Positions 19,120 through 28,291 of a stretch of 64,000 nt of DNA are shown here, piece by piece. The notes beneath the pieces are model-generated. The model was given only the letters and a program-made list of their open reading frames with translations. It ran no database searches and was not told the origin of the DNA. Position 1 is the first letter of the stretch; the number at the start of each line of letters is the position of its first letter. The stretch spans positions 42,129-106,128 of the forward strand of contig JAGQON010000006.1 of NCBI GenBank assembly GCA_020427395.1. Direction: 5' to 3'. The position numbers and the translations under genes are program-made. This DNA comes from Phycisphaerales bacterium. Its GTDB lineage: Bacteria > Planctomycetota > Phycisphaerae > Phycisphaerales > UBA1924.

Positions 19120-19978
19120 CCTGCATGGGCTTGAACTCGGCGAGCGATTCGCCTGGGAAGGGCAGCACGATGGGGTCGGTGCGCGGCGCGGCGGGCGCCT
19201 GCGCCAGGTGCCCGAGAGCCAGCGCGATGAGCTCGCCGCGTGACGATGCGCCGATTTTGCGGTGCAGGTTCTTCACATGGTCATGGATGGTGTGCGTGCT
19301 GCGTCCCAGCTGCTCGGCGATCACGCGCACGGAATGCCCCTCGATGAGCAGCTCGAGCACGCTCTGCTCCCGATCGGTTAGCCAGGCGCGTGGGTTGTCC
19401 ACGCGAGCGAGGGCCGCGTTGGCGCGAGCGCTGAGCGGCTCATGGATCGCGTGCATCATCGCCAGTGTCTGACGGGATTCGTTGACATCGGCAGCCTGAC
19501 CGAAGCCGATGACACAAAGCAGCAGCAGCGCGTGCTGGTGGTTGGCGATGGGCAGCATATGGATCAGCGGGCTGGTGAACTGCGTGCTCGCAAAGGCGCG
19601 GGCCAGCGCCGAGGTTGCCCAGGCGGGGTCGATGGATTGCATCGGCGCGATCAGCCCGCGCGTCATGGCATTCTCGGGGAACTGCAGCCCGAGGCGGTTC
19701 ATACGCTCGGATCGGTCCTGAAGCGTGATCGCGAGCTGGGCCCGCGAGCTGGCTGGCGCGGCGTGTGGTGCGAACGCCACCCCGGTGGAAAGGACCGATA
19801 TCCGATCACCGTTGGTGGGCGAGTTGCAGACAAAGGTCAGGGCCGCGGCGTGCTCCGAGTAGCAACAGCACGCCTCGGCGCAGGACCGGAGCCAGTCCTG
19901 CGTCGCGATGGCCGGCAGGTTCATGACCAGCTGGGTCGCTCGAACGGCATTCCGTGCGATTTTGAATCGTTCCGACAT
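19094..19978 (-). CDS. LuxR-family (C-terminal HTH) transcriptional regulator
   Basis: C-terminal 'LTDREQSVLELLIEGHSVRVIAEQLGRSTHTIHDHVKNLHRKIGASSRGELIALAL'. The roughly 230-aa N-terminal domain was not recognised. Its 3' end overlaps the convergent lipoprotein gene by 26 nt. Confidence 0.8.
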   Translation of the reverse strand: MSERFKIARNAVRATQLVMNLPAIATQDWLRSCAEACCCYSEHAAALTFVCNSPTNGDRISVLSTGVAFAPHAAPASSRAQLAITLQDRSERMNRLGLQFPENAMTRGLIAPMQSIDPAWATSALARAFASTQFTSPLIHMLPIANHQHALLLLCVIGFGQAADVNESRQTLAMMHAIHEPLSARANAALARVDNPRAWLTDREQSVLELLIEGHSVRVIAEQLGRSTHTIHDHVKNLHRKIGASSRGELIALALGHLAQAPAAPRTDPIVLPFPGESLAEFKPMQATARPLHS

Positions 19979-20428
19979 TGGTCCCCCCAGATCTGGCTGA
20001 CGCGAATGGGTGGTCTTCGCATGCCCTGGATTTCCCAATATAACATGAAATCGATAACCAGAAAAGACCTTTGCATAATCGGAAATTATAACCGTGGGGT
20101 GTCCACCCCAAATGCATGCGATTGGGGTCTCGGCAGAGCGAGTTTACAGTGGGGCAGGACAAGAGGACCTGTCTGTCCTGCATGTAATATAATCCATTTC
20201 CGGGGTGAATTGCCAACTTGATTCTCCCCGCACGTACACCTCGCGGGCGGGACTGAGCCCTGCGCAAATGCGGCACTCAACTTGGGGATTCGCTGGTAAT
20301 CCCTCAAAGCCGGGGCATATTGGAGGCGTCGGGCGGAACCTGGGGCTCGTTCGATACTGACTCCACCACACCCCAGAGATGAGTTGCGCGGAGCGTCTGA
20401 GGCCTGAAAATGGGTCTCGGCATGATGT

Positions 20429-21073
20429 ATGTCCATCCACTTTGGGTCATCCCGGTTTGTGTTTGCTCCCATTACATGGGAGCCAGAGCTTCTTGCGAAG
20501 CTCGAGACGCACCACATCGTGGCCTGGAGCCCCAAATCAGCGATCCGCACCCGGTTTGGTGCCCGACTCAAGCAGTTTCTGGATGCCCAGAGTTCCACCG
20601 AGGTCCTCGTCCTGCATGGGCGTGGAATTCTCGATCTTGAAGGTTTCTGCGCTCAGCTTGAGCGTCTGATCCCCAGCGAACGACTCGAATGCACGATCGA
20701 CGGGAAGCACGGCGTGGCATCGCTCATGCGCAGCGATGCTGGAGGCGTGCATGGCATGCCTGCCAAACAGCGGTTCTTCCTGTGGCACGACGCGGATGTG
20801 CTCCACCGCAAAGACCCAAGTTTGTTTGAGCAACTGGTCGAGGTTATTGGCGGGGTCAGCGCTGAACTGGAGTTCGGTAATGACGGCGGATACCTCATGC
20901 AGCGCTGCGTGTATCTCGGCGGGCGCTCGCTGGCCGAGCATGCGCGAGATCCGCAATCGCGTTTCCACAGCTGGGAACCCGATGGGCCGGGGGCGCCGTT
21001 CTGGTCACTCGTGAGCGGCGAAGAGCGTCCGAGCACCGCGTTGTGCTCGATCGACACGCTCATGCTTGAGTAA
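20429..21073 (+). CDS. hypothetical protein
   Basis: 214-aa ORF with normal amino-acid composition downstream of an AT-rich structured spacer. A weak barstar-like stretch 'LVLHGRGILDLEGFCAQLERLIP' is not enough for a family call. Confidence 0.5.
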   Translation: MSIHFGSSRFVFAPITWEPELLAKLETHHIVAWSPKSAIRTRFGARLKQFLDAQSSTEVLVLHGRGILDLEGFCAQLERLIPSERLECTIDGKHGVASLMRSDAGGVHGMPAKQRFFLWHDADVLHRKDPSLFEQLVEVIGGVSAELEFGNDGGYLMQRCVYLGGRSLAEHARDPQSRFHSWEPDGPGAPFWSLVSGEERPSTALCSIDTLMLE

Positions 21074-21159
21074 CACTGCCCATTTTCGCTCGCCCATCGT
21101 TCTTATCCACATTCACCGTGGCTTGACTTTCATCGGGCTGGGTGCTTTGGTGCGTGTTC

Positions 21160-21936
21160 ATGCGCATTATCAGCGGACAGTACAGGCGACGCAAGCTGCT
21201 CTCACCGCCCGACGGGGCGATCACCCGCCCCTTCCCGGACATGGTGAAGGAGGCGATGTTCAACCTGCTCCGTGGGCACTTTGAGGGCGAGGCGGTGCTG
21301 GATTGCTTCTCGGGCACGGGGACGGTCGGGCTCGAGGCCGCCAGCCGGGGCGCTTCGCGGGTGGTGTGCATCGAGCGGGACCGCAAGGTGACGCGGGTGC
21401 TCGAGCAGAATGTCGAGATGCTGGGCTGTGAGGAGGTCGTAGAGGTCGTGACGGGCGATGCCCTGGGACCGACGGCGATCCACCGCTGCCCAAAGCCGGT
21501 CCATATCGTGTTCTTCGACCCGCCCTATGCGATGGTCTGGGACGCGGAGGAGTGGGTGCGGGTTCGGACGCAGTTCGAGCGCCTGATCCAGCAGCTCGAC
21601 GACACGGGCTACGCGGTTCTGCGGACGCCCTGGCCCCTGTTTCATCAGGTATCGGACGAGCAGGCGGATGCGCCAGCGGGCAAGCCCGCAGGGCGCATCG
21701 AGATGGTCGACGGCGAGGAGATGATCGAGATCGATCTGAACGACGAGAACGCCGAAGAGCTGATGGACGCCTTCGAGAAAGACCTTGCGCGCGAGGCGAG
21801 CAAGCCCAAGCAGGAGACGATCGATATCGATCTCACCATGAGCGGGGCGATTGGCCCCGAGACGCACTCATACGGCGGGATGGCTCTGCATTTGTACATG
21901 CGTGATCCCGAGAGCAGGCCCGCGGAAGGGGGCTGA
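21160..21936 (+). CDS. rsmD: RsmD-family 16S rRNA (guanine-N2)-methyltransferase with long acidic C-terminal extension
   Basis: Motifs 'MRIISGQYRRRKLLSPPDGAITRP', 'VLDCFSGTGTVGLEAASRGA' and 'VFFDPPY'. About 70 extra C-terminal residues are rich in D/E. Confidence 0.8.
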   Translation: MRIISGQYRRRKLLSPPDGAITRPFPDMVKEAMFNLLRGHFEGEAVLDCFSGTGTVGLEAASRGASRVVCIERDRKVTRVLEQNVEMLGCEEVVEVVTGDALGPTAIHRCPKPVHIVFFDPPYAMVWDAEEWVRVRTQFERLIQQLDDTGYAVLRTPWPLFHQVSDEQADAPAGKPAGRIEMVDGEEMIEIDLNDENAEELMDAFEKDLAREASKPKQETIDIDLTMSGAIGPETHSYGGMALHLYMRDPESRPAEGG

Positions 21937-21952
21937 TCGGTACACTTGGTGC

Positions 21953-24900
21953 ATGGAAGACCTGTTCTCCACGCCGGCCCCCGCTTCGGTGCCGTCGTCT
22001 GAAGCTGAATATCTCCGGGTGATGTCGGGGCTGAGCGATCCGCAGCGCCGGGCGGTGACGCACGAGGGTGGGCCGCTGATTGTGCTCGCGGGGCCCGGTA
22101 CGGGCAAGACGCGGGTGATCACGGCGCGCGTGGCGCACATGATCAACGAGCGTGAGATCGCGCCCGATCGGATCGCGGCGGTCACTTTTACGAATAAGGC
22201 GGCCGGGGAGCTGCGCGAGCGTCTCGGGCGGCTCGTGGGCGACACCATCGCGGCCCGTGTGCAGGCATCGACCTTCCACAGCCTGGGCTATGGGATCGTG
22301 CGTCGTTTCGGCGATCTGCTGGGGCTGCCCAGCGGGATCACGATTATCGATTCGGCCCAGCGGAACCGCCTGATCAAGGAGATCATCCGCGACGAGCGCC
22401 TCTACCGTGATTCGCTTGGGAGCGGGATCAGCGCGGCCATGGAGCACGCGCACAAGACGATGGAGTCTCTTCGTTATCTCGGCATGGACAGCGACGCGGG
22501 CATGGCCTGGCTGGCGGGAGCCCGCGACGAGGCGTCGGGGCTGGAACCCGAAGAACGCGGCGCACGCGAGGGCGAGCTCGATCGTTTCAACGACGCGCTG
22601 GGCGTGTACAGCCGGTTTGAGGCGCGGTGCCGAGACAAGGGCTGGGTGATGATCGACGATCTGATCATGTTGCCCACGAAGCTGGTTCGTGAGCACGCCC
22701 CAGTCGCCTCGATCCTCCGCCACGAGATGAAGCACTTCGTGGTCGATGAGTTCCAGGATGTGAACCGCGGGCAGATCGAGATGATCCGGGCGTTGTGTCC
22801 GCCCAGGGGCGATGCCGATGTGTGCGTCGTGGGCGACGACGACCAGAGCATCTATGGGTTCCGCGGTTCGGACGATCGCGCGTTTGCGCACTTCGAGTCG
22901 ATCTGGCCCGGCTGCACCACGGTTCCGCTGACGACGAACTACCGCAGCGCCAGGGTGATCGTCGATGCGAGCAACGCCACGATCACCCGGGCCCAGTCCC
23001 GGTTTGCGCCGGACAAAGAGGCGAACGCGCACCGGGGCGATGTTGCCGGGTCGTCGCTGGAGCTGGTCCGCCTTGAGGACGACGCACAGAGCGGCGAGGT
23101 GGTCGCGTCGATGCTGCTCAAGATGGCCAGCGAGGGCGGGGAGTCGTTCAGCTTCAGCAGCTGCGCGGTGATCGGACGATCGAACCCATTCCTCGAGCAG
23201 ATCGCTCAGACGCTGCTGCTCGAGGGCATCCCGGTGGACATGCGCGAGCGGGCGTCGCCCATGGAGGACGAGGGGGCAAAGGATGTGCTCGCGTGGGCGC
23301 GCCTGCTGGTCGACCCCGAGTCGAGCAACGACCTGCGCCGGGTGCTCGTTCGCCCGCCCTACCGGGTGGACGCGATGCGGCTTGGCTCGCTGCTCTCGGG
23401 CTATCGCGCGGCCCGCTCACGCTTTGAGCAGTGCGAGGACGGTTCGATCGCCGATCCAGGGGCGCTCATCGCGTGGGTGATCGCACGGAGCGACGAGCAC
23501 ACCCGCGTGAAAGCCGAGGCGATGCACGCGCTGGCCCAGGAGCTGGCGCAGGTCAGCAGCGAGCGCCCCGCGGCGGATGCGATCACCGAGATCATCAAGC
23601 GGACGGGCGTGGTTCACCGCGAGCTGGGTGATTCCCGTTCCCGCTCGCGTCGGATCCAGGCGATCTCGGCGCTCGTGCGCTTTGCTCGATCGCGAGCGGA
23701 TCGATTCGATGCTCCCGGTGATCTTGGCGCGATGCTTGCTTATTTCGATGATCTGGACGAGAAAGAGCAGTCGCTTGGCGAGCTGCCAGAGGAAAAGGTC
23801 AACGGCGATTCGGGCGTGAGCGGGGCAAGCGGCGCTGATCGCGGGGCGGTCTCGCTGATCTCGGCGCACTCGGCCAAGGGGCTGGAGTTCGACACGGTAT
23901 TCGTGGTGCGTGTGGGGCAGCACGGCTTCGCACCATCCGGGAAGGGCGACGATGTGCCGTTGCCTGAGGGCGTGGGGGATGATACGGGCGACGATCGCGA
24001 CGCCAGGGAACGCGTGGCGGACGAGGAACGGCGCGTGTTCTTCGTCGCGCTGACGCGGGCCGAGCGCCGGGTGATCCTCACGGTCAAAGTGCCCAAGAAG
24101 CCGACGGCCGCCAACTACGCCCTGGAGCTGCGTGAATCGTTAGGTGAGCGGCTGATCGAGCATGATGTGCAGGATGTGATCGATCCCGAGCGGATGGGCG
24201 ACGCGGTGAGCCGCCTGAGCGCCGAGTTCAAGGCGATTCGCGGCGTGCGTGACGCGTTCGATCAGGCCAAGCGAGAGGCCCGTCGCGATGCGGCCATGTC
24301 GATCGATGCCCATGAGCTTGGTGAGATCGGGCACGAGGAGATGATGGCACGCCTGAACGCCGCGGCCGAGCGTGCGGCGGCGACCAGCGAGATCCTGCGG
24401 ACCGGGGCGATCCCGGGTTGGGTGCAAGATGAGGCGACGCGTGCGTTCGCCGCCAAGCTGGTTGAGGTGCTCGATCGCGTGGAGGTGGTGGATGACGACG
24501 GGGCGCTGCACCCGGGGCTCACGCCGCCGCTGACGCTGAGCTTCTCGCAGATCTCGAGCTATCTGCACTGCCCGCGATGCTACCTGGCCGAGTATGTCTA
24601 CAAGCTGTCGCAGGACGACAAGGTGCACGCGGTGATGGGGACGGCGGTGCACAAGGGGCTGGAGCTGTTCTATGGGCGATGGCGCGATGCGGATGCCGAC
24701 GGCGAGCCGACGCCGGGCTTCGATGTGTTGCGGAAGCTGGTGCGTGATCAGTTTATGAGCGACTGGCCCCACGATCGGGAGCTCGATGCTGAACGCCTCG
24801 AGCAGCTCGATGCGATGCTCGATGTCTTCTGGAGGCAGATGCACCGCGATGATGCGCACATCGAGGAGATCGAGAAATCAATCGTGCTGCCCTACGAGTG

Positions 24901-25333
24901 CGACGGCGTGACGCATCGCCTCAAGGCCAAGATCGATCGAGTGGACGCTGGCGAGAGCGGCGGGCGACGCGTGATCGATTACAAAACAGGCAGCCCGAGG
25001 ATCAAGCTGACCGAGCCCAAGAAGGACGACCTGCAGCTGGGTATCTATGCGATGGCGCTCACGCACGAGCTGGGCGATCCGGGCCCCGGGAGCGTGTGCG
25101 AGTACTGGTGCCTGCAGGACGGCTCACGCGGTGTCATCGGCTTCGATGCGTTGGATATGAAGAAGATCCGGGGTCAGATCGACAAGGCGATCCGGGGCAT
25201 GGTTACCGGCGACTGGTCGCGGGGGAGCCGGTGCAGCGAGGATGACGCGTCGTGTACGATCTTTGATTCGCCCGGCTTTGATCCCGGGCGGGTCTTCTCG
25301 GACATGGATCTGGGTGATTCTGGCGGAAAATGA
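21953..25333 (+). CDS. UvrD/PcrA-type SF1 helicase fused to C-terminal PD-(D/E)XK (AddB/Cas4-like, Cys-rich) nuclease
   Basis: Walker A 'LAGPGTGKT', 'VDEFQDVN', 'TTNYRS', 'HSAKGLEFDTVFVV' and 'FFVALTRAERRV'. The C-terminus has 'HCPRCY', 'KIDRVD...VIDYKTG', 'DLQLGIYAMAL' and 'CSEDDASC'. Confidence 0.88.
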   Translation: MEDLFSTPAPASVPSSEAEYLRVMSGLSDPQRRAVTHEGGPLIVLAGPGTGKTRVITARVAHMINEREIAPDRIAAVTFTNKAAGELRERLGRLVGDTIAARVQASTFHSLGYGIVRRFGDLLGLPSGITIIDSAQRNRLIKEIIRDERLYRDSLGSGISAAMEHAHKTMESLRYLGMDSDAGMAWLAGARDEASGLEPEERGAREGELDRFNDALGVYSRFEARCRDKGWVMIDDLIMLPTKLVREHAPVASILRHEMKHFVVDEFQDVNRGQIEMIRALCPPRGDADVCVVGDDDQSIYGFRGSDDRAFAHFESIWPGCTTVPLTTNYRSARVIVDASNATITRAQSRFAPDKEANAHRGDVAGSSLELVRLEDDAQSGEVVASMLLKMASEGGESFSFSSCAVIGRSNPFLEQIAQTLLLEGIPVDMRERASPMEDEGAKDVLAWARLLVDPESSNDLRRVLVRPPYRVDAMRLGSLLSGYRAARSRFEQCEDGSIADPGALIAWVIARSDEHTRVKAEAMHALAQELAQVSSERPAADAITEIIKRTGVVHRELGDSRSRSRRIQAISALVRFARSRADRFDAPGDLGAMLAYFDDLDEKEQSLGELPEEKVNGDSGVSGASGADRGAVSLISAHSAKGLEFDTVFVVRVGQHGFAPSGKGDDVPLPEGVGDDTGDDRDARERVADEERRVFFVALTRAERRVILTVKVPKKPTAANYALELRESLGERLIEHDVQDVIDPERMGDAVSRLSAEFKAIRGVRDAFDQAKREARRDAAMSIDAHELGEIGHEEMMARLNAAAERAAATSEILRTGAIPGWVQDEATRAFAAKLVEVLDRVEVVDDDGALHPGLTPPLTLSFSQISSYLHCPRCYLAEYVYKLSQDDKVHAVMGTAVHKGLELFYGRWRDADADGEPTPGFDVLRKLVRDQFMSDWPHDRELDAERLEQLDAMLDVFWRQMHRDDAHIEEIEKSIVLPYECDGVTHRLKAKIDRVDAGESGGRRVIDYKTGSPRIKLTEPKKDDLQLGIYAMALTHELGDPGPGSVCEYWCLQDGSRGVIGFDALDMKKIRGQIDKAIRGMVTGDWSRGSRCSEDDASCTIFDSPGFDPGRVFSDMDLGDSGGK

Positions 25334-28218
25334 GCGATTTCGCGGGTCGGTTGAATCGCCGGGTCGCCTGGTCGGTAGATGTATTCGTGGGTGATCGCGT
25401 GCTCAGTTCGGTTCTGGTTCGTGGCTCATCGCTGGTGTGCCTGGCGGTGCTGGTGTTCTGTGCCGCGATGGCCCGGGGCGGCGATCGCGTGCCAGACGAT
25501 GATGGCGTGCGACGCTACGGGCTTCGCAACGGGCTGGAGGTCGTTCTGGTTCCCAGCGAGGTTGAGTCGCGGGCGGAGGGCAACGGCGATCAACTGCAGC
25601 TTTGGCTCATGGTCCGGGGCGGGACGATCGAGGAGCGAGACGAGGAGCGGGGTGTGGCTTCGCTGGTGTCCATGGTCATCCGCCGGGGCATCGGCGGGCT
25701 GGATGAATCGACGCTCGACGAGATGCTCGTGGGTGAGGATGTGGTGGAGCCCGAGGCGAAGCGTTCGCGCGGCGCGTATGTGATGCTCGATCAGGCGTTC
25801 TATACCGGGCAGGCGCTCACGAGCGATGCCGAGCGGATCGGGGAGCTGCTCGCGTTCTACACGCGTGTGCTGGACCCGGAGGCGTGGGCGCTGAGCGATG
25901 AGGGTGTAGAGGATGGTCGCGGCGCGATGCGTGCGATGGTCGAGGGAGCGCTGGAAAGCGAGCCCGGGCTGCGCTCGCGGCAGCGCTGGATGCCGCGACT
26001 GCTGGGCGATGGACCGATGGGCACCCGCCTGGACATGCCCGAGCTCACCGAGATCGATCGGCTGAGCAGAGATCAGGTGATGGCGTTTGCGCAGCGGACT
26101 TACAGCGCGAGCCGGGCAACGCTGCTGGTGGTGGGGGACACCCGCGGAGTGGACCTGGAACGCCTGATCGCGGGCACGCTGGGTTCGCTGCCGCAGCGAG
26201 AGCCGGGCGAGCTTCTCGATGCGCACGACGGGCTCGGCGGCGAGCAGGTGGTCTTTGAGCAGGAACCGGGCTGGGACCAGCACATCGTGGCCTTGCTATG
26301 GGCCGGTGAGCTGCGGGGATATGGGGCGGTCGGTGGTGAAGTCGATGAGCAGTCACTGCGGGCGCGGCTGATCGATCGTGTGGGCGACGAGGTCGTATCG
26401 CAGCGGATCGAGCGGCTCGGACCCTCTCGCCTTGGCGAGTGCGAGATCAGCTTCGATCGCTTCGAGATTGCCCGTCGTGTTCGTGCGTGGCAGTGCGTCG
26501 TGCAACGCGACGGCGTGCGTGATGCCGACTGGCGCGAGTCGCTGTCGGTGATCGTCAGCGAGTGCGACCGCCTGGCCCGAGAGGGCGCGGTGCGCGAGGA
26601 GATCGTGCAGGCCCGTGGGGCGATGCTGGCGGGCTGGCACCGCGACGCGGAGGAATGGCGGAGCGCCTCTTCGCGTGATCGAGCACGCGATGTGCACTGG
26701 ATGCTGCTCAGCGGGCTGCCGATCATGAACCCGGAACGCTGGGACCGCATCGGCACACGCCTGATGAGCACGATCAGCGACGATGAGATCAACGCGTCGG
26801 TGCGGTCAATGCTCGATGTCGCGGACGCCAAGGTGCTGGTGACGCGGGGCGGTGAGTCCAGCGAGGCAGGCGTGCAGGAGCGTGAGATCGCGGTCCACCG
26901 CGATCGGCTGCTGGCATCGCCCTTGGCGCAGATCGATGAGCACTGGATGCGCACGCTCGGCGGCGATGTCCTCGACGCGGGTCGCCGCCCGGGTCGGGTC
27001 GAGAAGCTCACGCAGCACGCCCCCTCGGGCACCTGGGGCGCGACGCTGAGCAGCGGGGTCAATCTCTGGGCACGCCCGGTGGGCGAGGATGACCGGGTCG
27101 AGCTGTGCGCCATGCTCTGGGGCTCGATGTTCCGCGACGGTTCGCTGAGCGAGGCGGAGATCGATGCGGCCATGCTCGCCTGGCGGAAGCCCAGCAGCGA
27201 GTCACGTGACGCAGGCTGGCTGGCGGTCTTCCTGGAGACACACGGCATCCGGGTCCGGGCAGAGCGTGTCATGGGCGGGGTGCAGCTGGTGCTGCGGACC
27301 GATCGATCGCAGATCGACGCGGCCATGGAACTGATGACGCTGTTGCTCGATCGCCCGATGATCGATCCCGACGCGTTTGCGGAGTGGTCGAGCAAGGCAC
27401 TGGTTCGCTGGGGCGACGAGGATCCGCTGGACCTTGCCCTGGCGCACCTGTTCTGCGAGGCGATGGTCCCGGATGAGCAGGAGCTGAGCATCAATGACGC
27501 CCAGCGCGTGCTTGCCCGGATCGTGCACGGAGCGCAGATCGACATCGGTATCGCGGGCGCGGTCAATGCGCCCGAGGTGATCGAGCGTGGGGGCGAGCTG
27601 CTGGGTTCGCTGTCGCAGCGAGATCGGGAGAAGGCGGGCGGCTGCGAGCCACGACGCGTCAGCGCGGGCGGCGAGTGCACCCTGAAGCTGGATGGCGATC
27701 GGCGAGGCTTGGTTGTTGGGATGCGGGGCGACGGGATGGAGGATCTCGATCGCCTCCGCGCCATCGTGGTCGCCTCGATGGTGCTCGACGATCGGATTGA
27801 GAAACTCGCGGAGCGACGCGGCGTCGAGGGCACCCGCATGGTTGCGCAGGTCGTGATGAGCGAAGCCCTTGGCGACCGCTGGGCGCTGATCGTCCGTACG
27901 CGCGGCGACGCCAATGAGCTGTGCGAGCAGATCATCGACGACGCCATGCGTGAGCTTGATCGAGAGGGGATCCGCGAGGACGAACTGGAACAGGTCAAGA
28001 ACGAGCTCGTGGACTCGATCGATCGGGTCTTCGACAGCCCGCGGTACTGGAGCGTGCGGATGAGCATGCTCGGGCAGCAGGGGCGGGGTGTCGAGACGCT
28101 GTGGTCGATCCGTGAGGGCTACGCGGGGGTGGATGCCCATGAGGCGAGCGAGGCGCTGCGGAGCGCTCTGGGCTCGCCCGATCGTTTCCGCGTGATCTTT
28201 GAGTCACCAAGCAGATAA
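25330..28218 (+). CDS. M16 (pitrilysin) family peptidase-like protein, double-length, lacking the HxxEH zinc motif
   Basis: N-terminal TM/signal, then the M16 N-domain-like 'RRYGLRNGLEVVLVP' and M16_C-like 'LSRDQVMAFAQRTYSASRATLLVVGD...LIAGTLGSLP' and 'ELEQVKNELVDSIDRVFDSPRYW'. The position of 'HFLEH' reads 'ASLVSMV'. Its ATG overlaps the helicase TGA. Confidence 0.7.
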   Translation: MSDFAGRLNRRVAWSVDVFVGDRVLSSVLVRGSSLVCLAVLVFCAAMARGGDRVPDDDGVRRYGLRNGLEVVLVPSEVESRAEGNGDQLQLWLMVRGGTIEERDEERGVASLVSMVIRRGIGGLDESTLDEMLVGEDVVEPEAKRSRGAYVMLDQAFYTGQALTSDAERIGELLAFYTRVLDPEAWALSDEGVEDGRGAMRAMVEGALESEPGLRSRQRWMPRLLGDGPMGTRLDMPELTEIDRLSRDQVMAFAQRTYSASRATLLVVGDTRGVDLERLIAGTLGSLPQREPGELLDAHDGLGGEQVVFEQEPGWDQHIVALLWAGELRGYGAVGGEVDEQSLRARLIDRVGDEVVSQRIERLGPSRLGECEISFDRFEIARRVRAWQCVVQRDGVRDADWRESLSVIVSECDRLAREGAVREEIVQARGAMLAGWHRDAEEWRSASSRDRARDVHWMLLSGLPIMNPERWDRIGTRLMSTISDDEINASVRSMLDVADAKVLVTRGGESSEAGVQEREIAVHRDRLLASPLAQIDEHWMRTLGGDVLDAGRRPGRVEKLTQHAPSGTWGATLSSGVNLWARPVGEDDRVELCAMLWGSMFRDGSLSEAEIDAAMLAWRKPSSESRDAGWLAVFLETHGIRVRAERVMGGVQLVLRTDRSQIDAAMELMTLLLDRPMIDPDAFAEWSSKALVRWGDEDPLDLALAHLFCEAMVPDEQELSINDAQRVLARIVHGAQIDIGIAGAVNAPEVIERGGELLGSLSQRDREKAGGCEPRRVSAGGECTLKLDGDRRGLVVGMRGDGMEDLDRLRAIVVASMVLDDRIEKLAERRGVEGTRMVAQVVMSEALGDRWALIVRTRGDANELCEQIIDDAMRELDREGIREDELEQVKNELVDSIDRVFDSPRYWSVRMSMLGQQGRGVETLWSIREGYAGVDAHEASEALRSALGSPDRFRVIFESPSR

Positions 28219-28244
28219 TCGAGCTTGTTGAGGCGCATGAAAAA

Positions 28245-28264
28245 CGCGACCCGTCCGGGTCGCG
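28245..28264. terminator. bidirectional intrinsic terminator between convergent M16-like gene and atpG
   Basis: The stem CGCGACCC/GGGTCGCG has a 4-nt loop, with AAAAA on the left and TGTGTGTGTGTTT on the right. Confidence 0.55.
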
Positions 28265-28291
28265 TGTGTGTGTTTGGGGCTGGCGCCCGGA

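Noticed and set aside
20086-20598. 170-aa minus-strand ORF in the AT-richer spacer
   Set aside because: The sequence looks random, lacks an SD, overlaps the start of the plus-strand gene at 20429 and runs through several hairpins.
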